Shown: positions 13,998 to 27,091, counted from the first letter of the stretch. The stretch is 64,000 nt of DNA from Eimeria praecox (GCA_963920595.1 OY986947.1:992001-1056000); one strand, 5' to 3'. The notes: a model not told the origin generated them from the letters alone. Numbers and translations: made by a program.

Positions 13998-14586
13998 TTC
14001 TTTGTTTTCTTTCTTTGTTTTTGTTTTGTTTATTTTCTTTAATTATTTCCTCTCTTTGTTTTTCTTCTTTGTGTTTATAATTGTTTGTTGTGTTTGTTTA
14101 TTTTTTTTGTTCTCTCTTCTTTGTGTTTGTTTGTTTTTGTTTGTTTCTCTTCTTTTATTTGTTTCCTCTCCATTTTCTATAATTGTTTATATTATATCTT
14201 TTCTGTGTTTGTTTGTGTATGTTATGACACTCAAAGAGGTTCTCTAGATAGCGATTTAAACATAGAAATACGACTAAAGCATTAAATATTATATTTTATT
14301 TGATTATTCAGGTTATTTTACGGAAAAAACAAAGTCTTGCAGGTGGCCTTAGGCACACAGCCTTCAACAGAGTGTCTAGACAACATATATAAACTATCTA
14401 AACTTTTGAAAGGTGAAAGGGGCCTTTTAATTACAAAACAAGATTTAAAAGAAACAAAAAAAATATTAGATACTGTTAAAGGAGATGAATATGCAAGAGC
14501 GGGGTTTATAGCTACAAAAACAATTGTTCTTGAGGTGCATATACACCCCAATTTATTCAGGTGTATAGGCAGCTTTCGTTCGTTTC

Positions 14587-14649
<63 letters not shown>

Positions 14650-14979
14650 TTAAAGTGTATTTTATTTAATTATATTATATTTGTTTAATGATTTGAGATA
14701 TATTTTATTTAATATAATTTTATTTTTCTTTGTTTTCTGCTTTTTTCAGGCAGGATTTACTGCATTAGAACGCTTTCCACATTCTATGGAACCTCGACTT
14801 AGGGCTTTAGGCCTTCCCACTCAGTTGCAGGTATATTCATACTTTATTTGATTTTGTTTTTATATTATTTTATAAATTAAATTAAATTAAATTAAATTAA
14901 TATATTCGTAAAACACATTCGGAAATATATGCTGCGATGAACCCATATATATACATATCCGTCGAGGACACAAATTTGC

Positions 14980-15011
<32 letters not shown>

Positions 15012-15057
15012 TTGCTGCTGCTGGTGTTGTTGCTGCTGCTGTTGCTGCTGCTGCTGT

Positions 15058-15089
<32 letters not shown>

Positions 15090-15226
15090 ATGCTGCGAGC
15101 GTATATTGAGTGCGATGCTGCTGCGGTTGCTGCTGCGGTTCCTGGGCTTGTCCTCATCCCTGCTGTTATATCTGTTGCTGCTGCTGCTGCTGCTGCATCT
15201 GTTGCTGCTGCTGCTGCTGCTTCTGT

Positions 15227-15257
<31 letters not shown>

Positions 15258-15613
15258 TAGGACGGAAAGATAAATCTGTTAGGCAACTACACAGTCTGCA
15301 ACGAGGGTTCGCCTATCAGCGTTGAACAGGCTCAAATACTGGTGAGGCTTCCTCGTAAACCCTAAACCCTCAACCCTAAACCCTAGATTCAAAACCCTAA
15401 ACCCTAAACCCTAAACCCTAAACTTGAATTTCTCGACACACTCTGTTCCTCCCAAAGGGTCTTTCAAAGGAGGGTTTAGGGTTTAGGGTTTAGGGTTTAG
15501 GGTTTGATGTGTTGCTGCTACAGAAACATTTAGATATTAAGATGGCGAGATTTTGTATTGCTGTCGTAGCTCATTGGCATGGAGGGGCCGTAGAAGTTTT
15601 AAAAACAATTTAG
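13484..15613 (+). CDS. MRT4: mRNA turnover protein 4 / 60S ribosome assembly factor (P0 paralog)
   Basis: Exons 13484-13698, 14312-14534, 14750-14830, 15261-15341 and 15524-15613, all GT-AG and in phase. Translation gives MPVSKRAKIVHLSKTKK.. RLFYGKNKVLQVALG.. LKGERGLL.. YARAGFIA.. FPHSMEPRLRALGLPTQL.. YTVCNEGSPISVEQAQILKHLDIKMARF, the diagnostic Mrt4 motifs. Confidence 0.95.
13702..13832 (+). repeat. 19-bp minisatellite (agacctgcctRtacacctc) x7 at the start of MRT4 intron 1
   Basis: Directly visible tandem unit beginning 3 nt after the donor GT. Confidence 0.9.
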
Positions 15614-15693
15614 GGTTTAGGGTTTAGGGTTTAGGGTTTTGCGAAAGCTGTAAGACTCGAACACCCAAACACAGAGGCTAGAGGCCTCTGCTG

Positions 15694-15751
<58 letters not shown>

Positions 15752-15969
15752 AGGGCTTCTGTTATCTCCTAGGGTTTAGGGTTTAGGGTTTAGGGTTTGG
15801 CTTCAGACTCGAAACATTATATTTGTTCTTCTTTTATATTTCTTCTTATTTGAAGGTATTCTCGATCTGCCTATACACCTCAGATATAATTTAAAAAGTG
15901 TAGAAGAGCAAGCATACAAATATAAATATAAGTACAAATGCAAGTACATATATATATATATATATATAC

Positions 15970-16007
<38 letters not shown>

Positions 16008-16147
16008 CTATATATAGATATATATATATATATAGATATATAGATATAGATATAGATATAGATATAGATATAGATATAGATATAGATACAGATATATATA
16101 TAGATAGATATATATCTGTTTGTTGAGTTTACTTCTTCACCTTACGA

Positions 16148-16850
16148 CCAGCTAGCCACAGCTAGCTACAGCTAGCTATAGCTAGCTACAGCTAGCTAGC
16201 TAGGGTTTGCTACAGCTAGCTACACCTCGCCGCACCTAGCTACAGCCTGATACGACAGGGAACAGCTAGCAGCAGCTAGCTACAAGCAGCAGCAACAGCA
16301 GCAGCAGCAGCAGCAGCTAGCTGCAGGGGTTGGCCCCTCAGCAAAGAAGAGAGGAGGAGGGCTGAGGTGTACGTACAGCACAAACACTTCGATTTAGTAT
16401 TCTTATTCGGGGGCTCAGAGACAGCTAGCTACGGCTAGCTACAACTAGCTATAGCTAGCTACAGCTAGCTACAGCTAGCCACGAGTATCTACAACTAGCC
16501 ACAGCTAGCTACACCTAGCTATAGCTAGCTACAGCTAGCTGCGACTAGCTACAGCTAGCCGACATAGATCTACTCACACTACTACACACTACACTACGGC
16601 TAGCTGTAGCTAGCAACAGCTAGCTGTAGCTAGCTACAGCTAGCCGTAGCTAGCTACAGCTAGCCGTAGCTAGCTACAGCTAGCCGTAGCTAGATCTGTC
16701 CTTGTACAGCTCCAAAGCAACCTGCCGTCTACAGGACCTACAGCTAGCTGCAGCAGCTAGCTATTACAACTGCAGCAGCTAGCTGCTGCAGCTAGCTATT
16801 ACAACTGCAGCAGCTAGCTGCAGCAGCTAGCTGCTGCAGCTAGCTGTACG
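16148..16850. repeat. AGCT-rich palindromic satellite (units TACAGCTAGC / GCTACRGCTAGCYGTAGC / GCAGCTAGCT)
   Basis: 10-bp and 20-bp tandem units in both orientations, lying between the convergent MRT4 and ankyrin genes. Confidence 0.85.
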
Positions 16851-17184
16851 TACACCTGCAATTGTTTTTGATTGTATTAGAATAAAATCGAGAGGAGAGA
16901 AAGAAGTAAAAAACTAAAAAGTGAAAACAGAAAGAGAAGGCTCTGCATGCATGCAGAAACCCTAAACCCTAAACCCTAAACCCTAAACCCTAAACCCTAA
17001 ACCCTAAACCCTAAACCCTAAACCCTAGGAGTAGGAGTTCGAGTCTAGCCCCCGTAATATCATTAAACCCTCGTAAAAACCCTAGAGGGTTTAGACTTTA
17101 CACAGTATACTTTATAAATAATTTCTTATAAACCCTAAACCCTAAACCCTAAACCCTAAACCCTAAACCCTAAACCCTAAACCC

Positions 17185-17870
17185 CAGAAGATAAGAGTAA
17201 AATACTTATTTACTATTTCTATCGTCTCTAATTCTTTTATTTTTTTTATCAGAGTCAATCATTTCAAGGAAAAACCTAAAAACTCATCTAATAAACCCTA
17301 AACCCTAAACCCTAAACCCTAAACCCTAAACCCTAAACCCTAGACTACTATATAATATCAATCGTCTCTAATTTTTTTATTTGTTTTTTTCGATTCTATC
17401 TTCTCCTGTAGAAACCTAAAAACCTCTTCTAATAAACCCTAAACCCTAAACCCTAAACCCTAAACCCTAAACCCTAAACCCTAGATTACTATATCAATCA
17501 TCTCTAATTCTTTTATTTGTTTTTTTCGATTCTATCTTCTCCTGTAGAAACCTAAACACCTCTTCTAATAAACCCTAAACCCTAAACCCTAAACCCTAAA
17601 CCCCAGATTACTATATGATATCAATCGTCTCTAATTCTTTTATTTGTTTTTTTCGATTCTATCTTCTCCTGTAGAAACCTAAAAACCTCTTCTAATAAAC
17701 CCTAAACCCTAAACCCTAAACCCTAAACCCTAAACCCTAGATTACTATATCAATCATCTCTAATTCTTTTATTTGTTTTTTTCGATTCTATCTTCTCCTG
17801 TAGAAACCTAAAGACCTCTTCTCTGTCTCTCCCTAAACCCTAAACCCTAAACCCTAAACCCTAAACCCCA
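17185..17870 (-). repeat. Tandem copies of the ankyrin gene's last ~90 bp, separated by (AAACCCT)n
   Basis: Copies at ~17343-17433, 17484-17569, 17606-17696 and 17740-17831, plus a degenerate copy at ~17185-17292, match 17871-17961. Confidence 0.9.
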
Positions 17871-17880
17871 GATTACTATA

Positions 17881-18101
17881 TCAATCATCTCTAATTCTTT
17901 TATTTGTTTTTTTCGATTCTATCTTCTCCTGTAGAAACCTAAAAACCTCTTCTCTGTCTCTTCCGTCTTTTATCTTTCTTCTGTTTTTGGCTTCATCAAA
18001 TACCGAAACTCCATCCGCATCTTTCGCCTGCAGAAACAAATATAATAAAAAATTAAATCTAGTTTTGTTGCTGCTGCTGCTGCTGCTAGTGCTGCTGTTA
18101 G

Positions 18102-18133
<32 letters not shown>

Positions 18134-18199
18134 CTTGTGATGCTGCTAGTGATGCTGCTAGTGATGCTGCTAGTGTTGCTGTTGTTGCTAGTGTTGCTG

Positions 18200-18256
<57 letters not shown>

Positions 18257-18403
18257 CTAGTGTTGCTGCTAGTGTGGCTGCTGCTGCTGCTGCTAGTGTT
18301 GCTGCTGCTAGTGCTGTTGCTCGTATTGCTGTTGCTGCTCGTGCTGCTGCTGCTCTTGCTGCTGCATCTCGTGCTGCTGCATCTCTTGCTGCTGCTGCTC
18401 TTG

Positions 18404-18445
<42 letters not shown>

Positions 18446-18745
18446 TCTCCCTCCAATTCTACTTAATCGTATAATATTAAACCTAAATAAAATAAAACTA
18501 AAAACAAAACAAAACAAAACAAAACAAAACAAAACAAAGTACCGTAAGATTAGCTCCAAGGGCCTCAAGGGTTTTCAGCAGCAGCAGGTGTCCCCCCGCT
18601 GCAGCATAAGCTGCTGCTGTCTTTCTATGTCTGTCGGCTGTATCTACAGCTACACCAAATTCAATTAAACATAAAACACAACAGATATGGCCCCCGTAGG
18701 CTGCCAGGTGGATGGGCTCGTTGTAGTTCTTGTTGTCTGTACACA

Positions 18746-18819
<74 letters not shown>

Positions 18820-19561
18820 TATAGATAGATAGATATATAAGGGTTTAGGGTTTCTTAGGGTTTAGAGTCGCGTAGGGTTTAGTGTTTCTTAGGGTTTCTT
18901 AGTGTTTCTTAGGGTTTACTAGAGTTTACTAGGGTTTACTAGGGTTTACTAGGGTTTACTAGGGTTTACTAGGGTTTACTAGGATTTCTAAAGGTTTGTT
19001 AGGGTTTACTAGGATTTCTAAGGGTTTGTTAGGGTTTGGTAGGGTTTTCTAAGGTTTGTTAGGGTTTGGTAGGGTTTACTAGGGTTTACTAGAGTTTACT
19101 AGGGTTTACTACGGTTTCTTAGGGTTTCTTAGGGTTTCCTAGGGTTTAGGGTTTAGGGTTTCCTAGGGTTTAGGGTTTAGGGTTTCCTAGGGTTTAGACG
19201 TTTAGGGTTTCCTGGGGTTTAGGGTTTAGGGTTTAGGGTTTAGGGTTTAGACGTTTAGACGTTTAGGGTTTAGGCTTACCTTTGGATCCTCTGGGGTTTA
19301 GTTTGTGTGCAATGATGAGTCGCTGTAGGATTGCTCTCGATCCTCCAATAGCAGCAGCATGCACGAGCGAGCCCTTTCGCTGCTGCAGCAGCAATTGATC
19401 TGCTGCTGCTGCGCTGCAGCAGCTTTCGAGCAGCAGCAAACATCGTAGCTTTGCTTGAGAGCAGCAGCAATATAATGCGTGAGATAGAGAAGATAGAGAA
19501 GATATACGAGAAGAGATACAGCAACACATCCTACCTAAACCACAATCCTTGTTGTTGCTGC

Positions 19562-19633
<72 letters not shown>

Positions 19634-20558
19634 AAGTAAAGACGCCGTCAGAAACAGGCAACCCGCAAAGACAAAGCACAGGGACCTGCAACTCTTGCTG
19701 CTGCTGCTGCTGCTGCTGCTGCGGCAGCAGCAGCATTTCTAGCAGTCTTTCATCAACAGCAGCACGCGGTGGTGGTATGCCCCTCTGCTGCTGCTGCTGT
19801 TGCTGCGGCTGCTGCAGCAGGAGGAGCTGCAGCAGTTTAAATGTTTCTTTATCGTTGTGCTGCTCTCTGATAGCGTGAATAAGAAGAATATCTACAACTT
19901 CTTGCTGCTGCAGCAGCAGCAAATCTGAAGGAGCAGCAGCAGCAAGGGCCTCAGCTGGATCTGTACTGAAAAGACATTCTAATAAACGAGAGGCCCCTTC
20001 TGCTGTTGCTGTTGCTGCTGCTGTATTTTCTGCTGCTGTTGCTGCTGCTGTTGCTGCTGCTGCTGCTTCACTCTCAGCAGCAGCAGCACTACTCTCCTCT
20101 TTCTCTGAAGCAGTTATAACACCTGCTGTCTCCATCATATGCAGCAGACTCTCTACATACCCTTCATCATCCCCTTGAGGGGCCCCCCTATCTTCTATTG
20201 GGGGCCCCCCCCAACCCTCGGTTGGGGGGCCCCCAACAAGCGAAATTGATAGCTGCCTCCCAGCACCCTGGGGGGCCCCTAGGGGACCCTCACAATTTGG
20301 GGGGGCCCCTGGGGGCCCCTCACAATTTGGGGGGGCCCCCGGGGGCCCCTCAGAATATGGGGGGGGCCCTGGGGGCCCCTCAGAATATGGGGGGGCCCCC
20401 GGGGGCCCCTCAGGATTTGGGGGGGGCCCAGGGGGCCCCTCAGGATTTGGGGGGGCCCCAAGGGGGCCCCCAGGAGGGCCCCCAGGGGAGGCGATGTGTA
20501 GGGGGGCCCTAGGGCCCCCCTCACCAGCAGAGGCTTGCAGCTGGTCAGCTGTGTTTGC

Positions 20559-20620
<62 letters not shown>

Positions 20621-20636
20621 CTGATGTCTCCTCCAT
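17881..20636 (-). CDS. Ankyrin-repeat protein with a Gly/Pro-rich N-terminal repeat
   Basis: Exons 20636-19280, 18736-18543 and 18027-17881 with GT-AG sites in phase. ANK motifs: SLVHAAAIGGSRAILQRLI, EPIHLAAYGGHICCVLCLIEFGVAVDTAD, KTAAAYAAAGGHLLLLKTLEALGANLTAKDADG. Confidence 0.88.
18840..19273. repeat. Degenerate telomere-derived array (10-bp AGGGTTTACT/AGGGTTTCTT variants grading into AGGGTTT)
   Basis: Visible in ankyrin intron 1. Confidence 0.85.
20270..20520 (-). repeat. 30-bp GC-rich coding minisatellite encoding GPPG(A/P)PP(N/Y)xE
   Basis: About 6 units of GGGGGCCCC-containing repeat inside ankyrin exon 1. Confidence 0.85.
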
Positions 20637-21542
20637 TATGTTATAATAGAAAGAAAGACCTTAGAGAAGATCAAGAGGACATCAACACCCCGCCCTCCAA
20701 CCCTAAACCCTAAACCCTAAACCCTAAACCCTAAACCCTAAACCCTAAACCCTAGTTTGATTGCTTTTCAAGGATAAATGATATATATAAAGAAGAAAAC
20801 AAACAAAATAAAGTTTTAGATAAAACAACTAAAAGAAGAAACAAAAGAAGAGGGCCCTGGGGGCCCCCAAGAACCTACGCTGCCCGCCAGCTCAAACCCC
20901 GAGACCTGAGCAACACAGCCAAACCCTAAACCCTAAACCCTAAACCCTAAACCCTAAACCCTAAACCCTAAATTTTATAAATTTTATAGATTTTATAATT
21001 TTCAAAGTTATTTCTTCAAATATATTTTCTTTTTCTATTATTATTTTGTATTTACTTGTTGTATATTATTGTTATGTGGTGTATGTACACCTCAACCTTC
21101 TCTCTCTATAAAATAGTTATTTGATAAGTAGAAGAAACAAACCGAATCATAATTTTGTTTTTTTTTATATTTTTTCTGTTTTAATTTTAGAAATTAATGT
21201 TTTAATGAGACAGTTGACCTGCCTATACACCGCAATTCTCGATTATGAGGAGTGTTTATAGTTGTTTGTTTATTGCTTTTATTGTTTGTTTATGATTATC
21301 TTAAGAAAGAAGTAATACAAATATAATAAACAGACAAAATTTAAAAAATAAAAACATAAAAAAAGAAGATAAAGAAGATAAATAATTAATAAAAAGGATC
21401 TCCGTATTCAAACAAACAACAAAAACAGAAACAAACAAATATTTATTTTAGTTTGTATAATAAGTAATAATGAATCTACTCTGTACAAATTAAGTTAGAT
21501 AGACACAGATAATTCATACAACTATAGACACATATAACACAT

Positions 21543-21583
<41 letters not shown>

Positions 21584-21614
21584 GAGAGAGAGAGAGAATA
21601 TAGACAGACAGTTG

Positions 21615-21696
<82 letters not shown>

Positions 21697-21792
21697 TTAG
21701 TTAGTTAGTTGAATTGCTTTGTATAGAGAGGTCGTTGGAGTGTCTGGGGAGTTGCTTGTTTGTTTTCATATTTTTATTTGATTAGAAGAGAT

Positions 21793-22157
21793 AATAAATA
21801 AATAAATAAATTTATAATAAGTAAATAAATGAATAAATAAAGTATATCTTAACATTTCAATATTTGGTAAGAAATACATTGAAAGTCTCTCTGCCTATTT
21901 TAGGGTTTACGATATACTTTCTTTATACTGTGCAAACCCCAAACCCTAAAACCCTAAACCCTAAACCCTAAAACCCTAAACCCTAAACCCTAAGACCTTA
22001 TAACCTTACATTTGATCTTAGCACAAGTATAAAACTATCTTCTACATCTTCTCTTAAAATAATTTAGATTTAAATTGAGGTGTACAGACACCTACCTATG
22101 CACGCATGTTCTATTTGCATGCATGCACGACAAATGCATCTAGTATACTCGTAGAAA

Positions 22158-22192
<35 letters not shown>

Positions 22193-22193
22193 G

Positions 22194-22236
<43 letters not shown>

Positions 22237-22468
22237 ATTTATAATAAAATAAATAAATAAATAAATAAATAAATTTATAATAAGTAAATAAATGAATAAA
22301 TAAAGTATATCTTAACATTTCAATATTTGGTAAGAAATACATTGAAAGTCTCTCTGCCTATTTTAGGGTTTACGATATACTTTCTTTATACTGTGCAAAC
22401 CCCAAACCCTAAAACCCTAAACCCTAAACCCTAAAACCCTAAACCCTAAACCCTAAGACCTTATAACC
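21793..22468. repeat. ~210-bp direct duplication (21793-22006 and ~22254-22468)
   Basis: Identical unique core (aagtatatcttaacatttcaatatttggtaag...ctgtgcaaacccc) plus AAAT and AAACCCT flanks in both copies. Confidence 0.9.
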
Positions 22469-22603
22469 CCTTGATAACAGTGAGACAGCAGCGGCTAAGG
22501 CGGGCTGGTGTTGCAGATGTTCACTTCTCTAAAATGGGGGGATATGCTACTATTAAGTGGAAAGCCCCAAAGAATTGTAGGATATTAAGGGGCTTTCATA
22601 TAA

Positions 22604-22645
22604 CGCATGCATGCGTGCATGCATGCATGCATGCATGCATGCATG
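22604..22645. promoter_or_regulatory. Tandem TGCATGCA octamers upstream of the TSP1/EGF gene
   Basis: (GCAT)n run. TGCATGCA is an established over-represented apicomplexan non-coding motif bound by ApiAP2 factors; its function here is inferred. Confidence 0.45.
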
Positions 22646-23680
22646 TGTACGTAAGACTGAGGGGAAGACGAGTAGGATAAGGGGCTTAAGAATGCAATGA
22701 CGTGTGTTGTTGATATCGATATAAGCTGCAGAAACTCAAGGTGTACATACACTTCACACTCAGGCCGGCCTCCTTCAAGTGTATATACAGATATTGCAAT
22801 GCACAGTCAGCAGGCGCTGGGATGGGACTAACAGCAAAATGAGGGGGGGGAGTCTGAAGTCCGACATTTTTATAAAAACAAAAGAAAGAAAAGAAAGAAA
22901 CTGAAATCTCTACAAAGATTGCATTTGAGGGTTTTCTGTGTAAAGGAGATATCTTTCGGCTGCCACGGTGGTTGGTTGGGTGTTATGATTGTAGGTCTTC
23001 TATTGAATTAAAATCATTTGTAGGCCCTGGAGAATAAAAAGAAGAAGTAAATTGCTATATATAAAGGTAAATGTTTCTAGTAGGGTGCATAAATAATGCG
23101 TGAAGTGCTATCTTTTATTTTCGGGCGATGTCCGTTTGCGGTGTACGTACAGCTGAGCTGTCGTCCTTCGTCGCCGCCGAGTTGAATCATCAAGGTGTAA
23201 ATTCATGAAAAATATTGGAGAATCAGGGGATAATTGTATATATTTACCCCTCAATTTACATTATTTCTCACTCTTTTCGCCTTTTTCACCTTCCTTCTCT
23301 CTTTTTTGCCGCCAACTCGCTGCGGTTTCCTAGCGATTTCGCGCCTCCATTGGTTCACGGTTTCTCGATCCAGACTCCGGCTCTTTGTTTTTTGAAGAAT
23401 CCTCCCCTGTTCTTTCGAATTTTATGTATTTTATATACAATGAATTCAAATACTGTTGAAAAAGTTAATTAATAATTGAATTTGAAGGATTTAGAGTGTG
23501 CTCATCGGACTCCGCGAGCAGTCGATCCGTTTGCTCCTTTGGTTGTTTTTCTTGTTTTCATGTTTGATTTGAAGTTTTTAAGGTTTAATTACCTTTATAT
23601 TATACTTTTAATGTTAAATAGCTTCTTTTCGAGACAAGTTTCATCATTTTTCATTGCAGATCCCCCATGCCGCTGCCGCC

Positions 23681-23857
23681 ATGCAACGCGGCTCAGGAAG
23701 CTGTTGCAAGCTAAATCGATATCGACAAGATTTGTTAAATAAGAGAATATCCCTCACAGATTTAAATTTGATTTCTTCTTCTTCTTCTTCCCCTCATTCT
23801 TCTCCTGTAATGTGTGCTCGCCTGTCAGCCCCTGCAGAAGCTGTGTGTTGTTCAACT

Positions 23858-23894
<37 letters not shown>

Positions 23895-25377
23895 GCAATA
23901 ATAACAACAGCAAAAGCAAGATCAATAGCCGCAGCAGCAACAGCAGCAACAGCAGCAACAGCAGCAGCAGCATCAGTATTTGTACACGAGGCCTGAGGTG
24001 TATGAGCAACATCATCAACATCAGGGAGAATAAGAAGAAGAGCAACAAGACACATACGAGTAGAATTCGTAATGTTGTTAGTTATTTATCTTTTTTCTAT
24101 GATACTTTAGTATATTTGTTATTAATATTATGTATATTTTCTGTTTGTGTTTTAGGTGTACGTACACCTGAAACGCGAACAACCATATCTTCATTAGATC
24201 CATCATCCCCCAATTATATATCTGAAGATTATATATCAACAACAACTCCACCAGATTTAAATTTTCGAGAGAATATCGATTGTTTGATAACAGATACGAT
24301 TCCCTCAAACTATCCCTATTTGAAGAAAGAAAAGCAATTATATTCGTATCAATGGGCATATCATTTGAATGATGAAGTTATAATTAATAAAGAATTGAAG
24401 GCACATCAAACAAAGGCAATAGAATTCCCAGGTCAAGAGAGTCAAGCATTTCTCTCTTTTAATATTCCCCTTGAAACATTTGAAAATGGTGATGCTATAT
24501 TAAGTATATATACAATAAAAACAACCGAAAATAATACCAATAATATCGATTGTACAGATTTAATATTAAATATAACACGTATGCGTGATGATAATTATAT
24601 GTATAAAACAAAAGATTTAGAAGAAACAGATGATGTTATCACACAAAATATATCTTCTTTAGAAGAATATCAAAATATAAATATATCTTCTTTATTTTAT
24701 ACAAAGGGTTTGAAAGGTAGAACCTTACATTTACGTATACGCCAACAATCTTCCTTTTGTTTTTCTGACTTTGCTACTCCAAATGATATTAATCCCCCTA
24801 AATTAATATTAAATATATTAGATACAACCCCGAAAGATGCAGAATATGATAGTTGGGGAGAGTTCTCTACTTGTCGAGCTAATTGTATATCTTCTGTTAA
24901 TTATCAATGTAGAAAAAGAATATGTTTGCCTGGTGTAGGAAAGGGGAGTGTATGTACACCCGAAAAAATGATACAAAAAATACCGTGTACTGATTCTTCT
25001 ATTCAAAATAGATGTAGTTGTACATATCTACAACAAGAAGGAATCTGCCCACAAAACTCGGGGTGTACAGACACCGTAGAAGGTGGAGCCAGGTGTACAT
25101 GCAGCTCGCAGTTTATACAAGATAATCTTAAAACTGAAACCATCTGTAAATTAGGTATATATATATATATATATATACGCATAATAATATTTTTTTATTT
25201 ATTATAAATAAATAAAAACAAATATCAGAAAGCAGACAGATATTATATACTTTAGATATTTCATATACGATATACACTATGTAGTGTTCGTATTGGAGAT
25301 ATATTATATTTGTTATATTTATTATATACATTGTATATATTATATCTATTATATCTATAATATATATTATACGCATC

Positions 25378-25410
<33 letters not shown>

Positions 25411-25563
25411 ACATATTACATATATTATATATATTATATATATATATATAATATATTCTTAGTCTTATTCTCATTCGTGTTCTTGTTCTTATTCTTATTC
25501 TTTTTCTAAACCCTAAACCCTAAACCCTAAATATTTCCTGTTTGTTATGCTCTGCGGCCATAC

Positions 25564-25630
<67 letters not shown>

Positions 25631-26559
25631 TGATTTATTTGTTTGTTTGTTTGTTTGTTCGTAGATGTTTTTATCTGTATATGTTAACATTTATATATTT
25701 CTATCTTTACATATTTATATATTTGTATTTTATATATTTATATTATAATCTACAAATGTGTTTAATTATCTATAAATATATCTACTTATTTATGTATTTA
25801 CATGTATCTGTACATATTTATATATTTATATCTTTATATCTTTATATATTTATATATTTATATATTTATATATTTATATATTTATATATATTATATATAT
25901 ATTTATATATTTATATATTTATATATTCATATATGTATATATTTAAATACTAATGTATTAATATATTTACATAATTTATATATTTATATATCTATATACC
26001 TACTTATCTCTCTCTCGCTCTCTGTATATATATATATATATTATATTGTTATGTTTGTGTGTATGTTTAGAAGATGGTCTGTCTACTGGCAACAGTACAT
26101 TTGTTTCTTCTTCTTTATCTTCATCATCATCATCAAATATAACAACAACAAATACAGAGGAAACAAACAACAAAACACTTTATATCATCTTAGGGTCTGT
26201 TGGCGCGATTTTGTTGCTTTGTTTGGCTGTTGTTGTTAGTAAGTATTTATTAATTCAATTTAATTTAATTTAATTTAATTTAATTTAATTTAATTTAATT
26301 TAATTTAATTTGATTTGATTTGATTTGATTTAATTTAATTTAATTTAATTTGATTTAATTTAATTTAATTTAATTTAATTTAATTCAATTTAATTTAATT
26401 AAATTTGATTTAATTTAATTTAATTTAGTTTAATTTGACTTCAGTTAATTTAATTTAATTTGATTTAATTTATTTTAATTTAATTTACTTCGGTTTGATT
26501 TAATTTAATTTAATTAATAATAAACAAATATGTCAATACTTACATTTATTTTTGTTGCC

Positions 26560-26638
<79 letters not shown>

Positions 26639-27054
26639 GATTTCTTATTTCTTATTCTTCTTTCTTCTTTCCTATTCTCTATTTATTTATTTCTTATTAA
26701 TTAATTAATTAATTAATTAATTAATTAATTAATTAATTAATTAATTAATTAATTAATTAATTAATTAATTAATTAATGGCGTGATTTAACGATTGTTTCA
26801 TATTTTCGTTTTTTAAAACAAAACAAATTAATAATATAAATTATTATAATATAATAATAATAATATAAATTAATCTAAATAATATAAATACTAATAATAA
26901 TAATATAAATAAATATAAATTATTATAATAATATATACGAACCCTAAGATGTATATGTCTGTACCTGCTATTTCTCTTTATATTTTTTTGTGTGTATACA
27001 GTTTTAAACCCATCATCATCACAGCCGACAGCAGCAGCAGCAGGAGGGGATATA

Positions 27055-27091
<37 letters not shown>

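Noticed and set aside
17185..17961. CRISPR-like repeat/spacer appearance
   Set aside because: The DNA is eukaryotic, there are no cas genes, the 'spacers' are identical exon copies and the 'repeats' are telomeric heptamers.
21793..22468. LTR retroelement (direct repeats)
   Set aside because: No TG...CA termini, PBS/PPT, target-site duplication or internal ORF is evident.
23337..23345. E2F-like TTTCGCGC site upstream of paralog A (similar GC word at ~33254 upstream of paralog B)
   Set aside because: Short single matches with no supporting evidence; could arise by chance.
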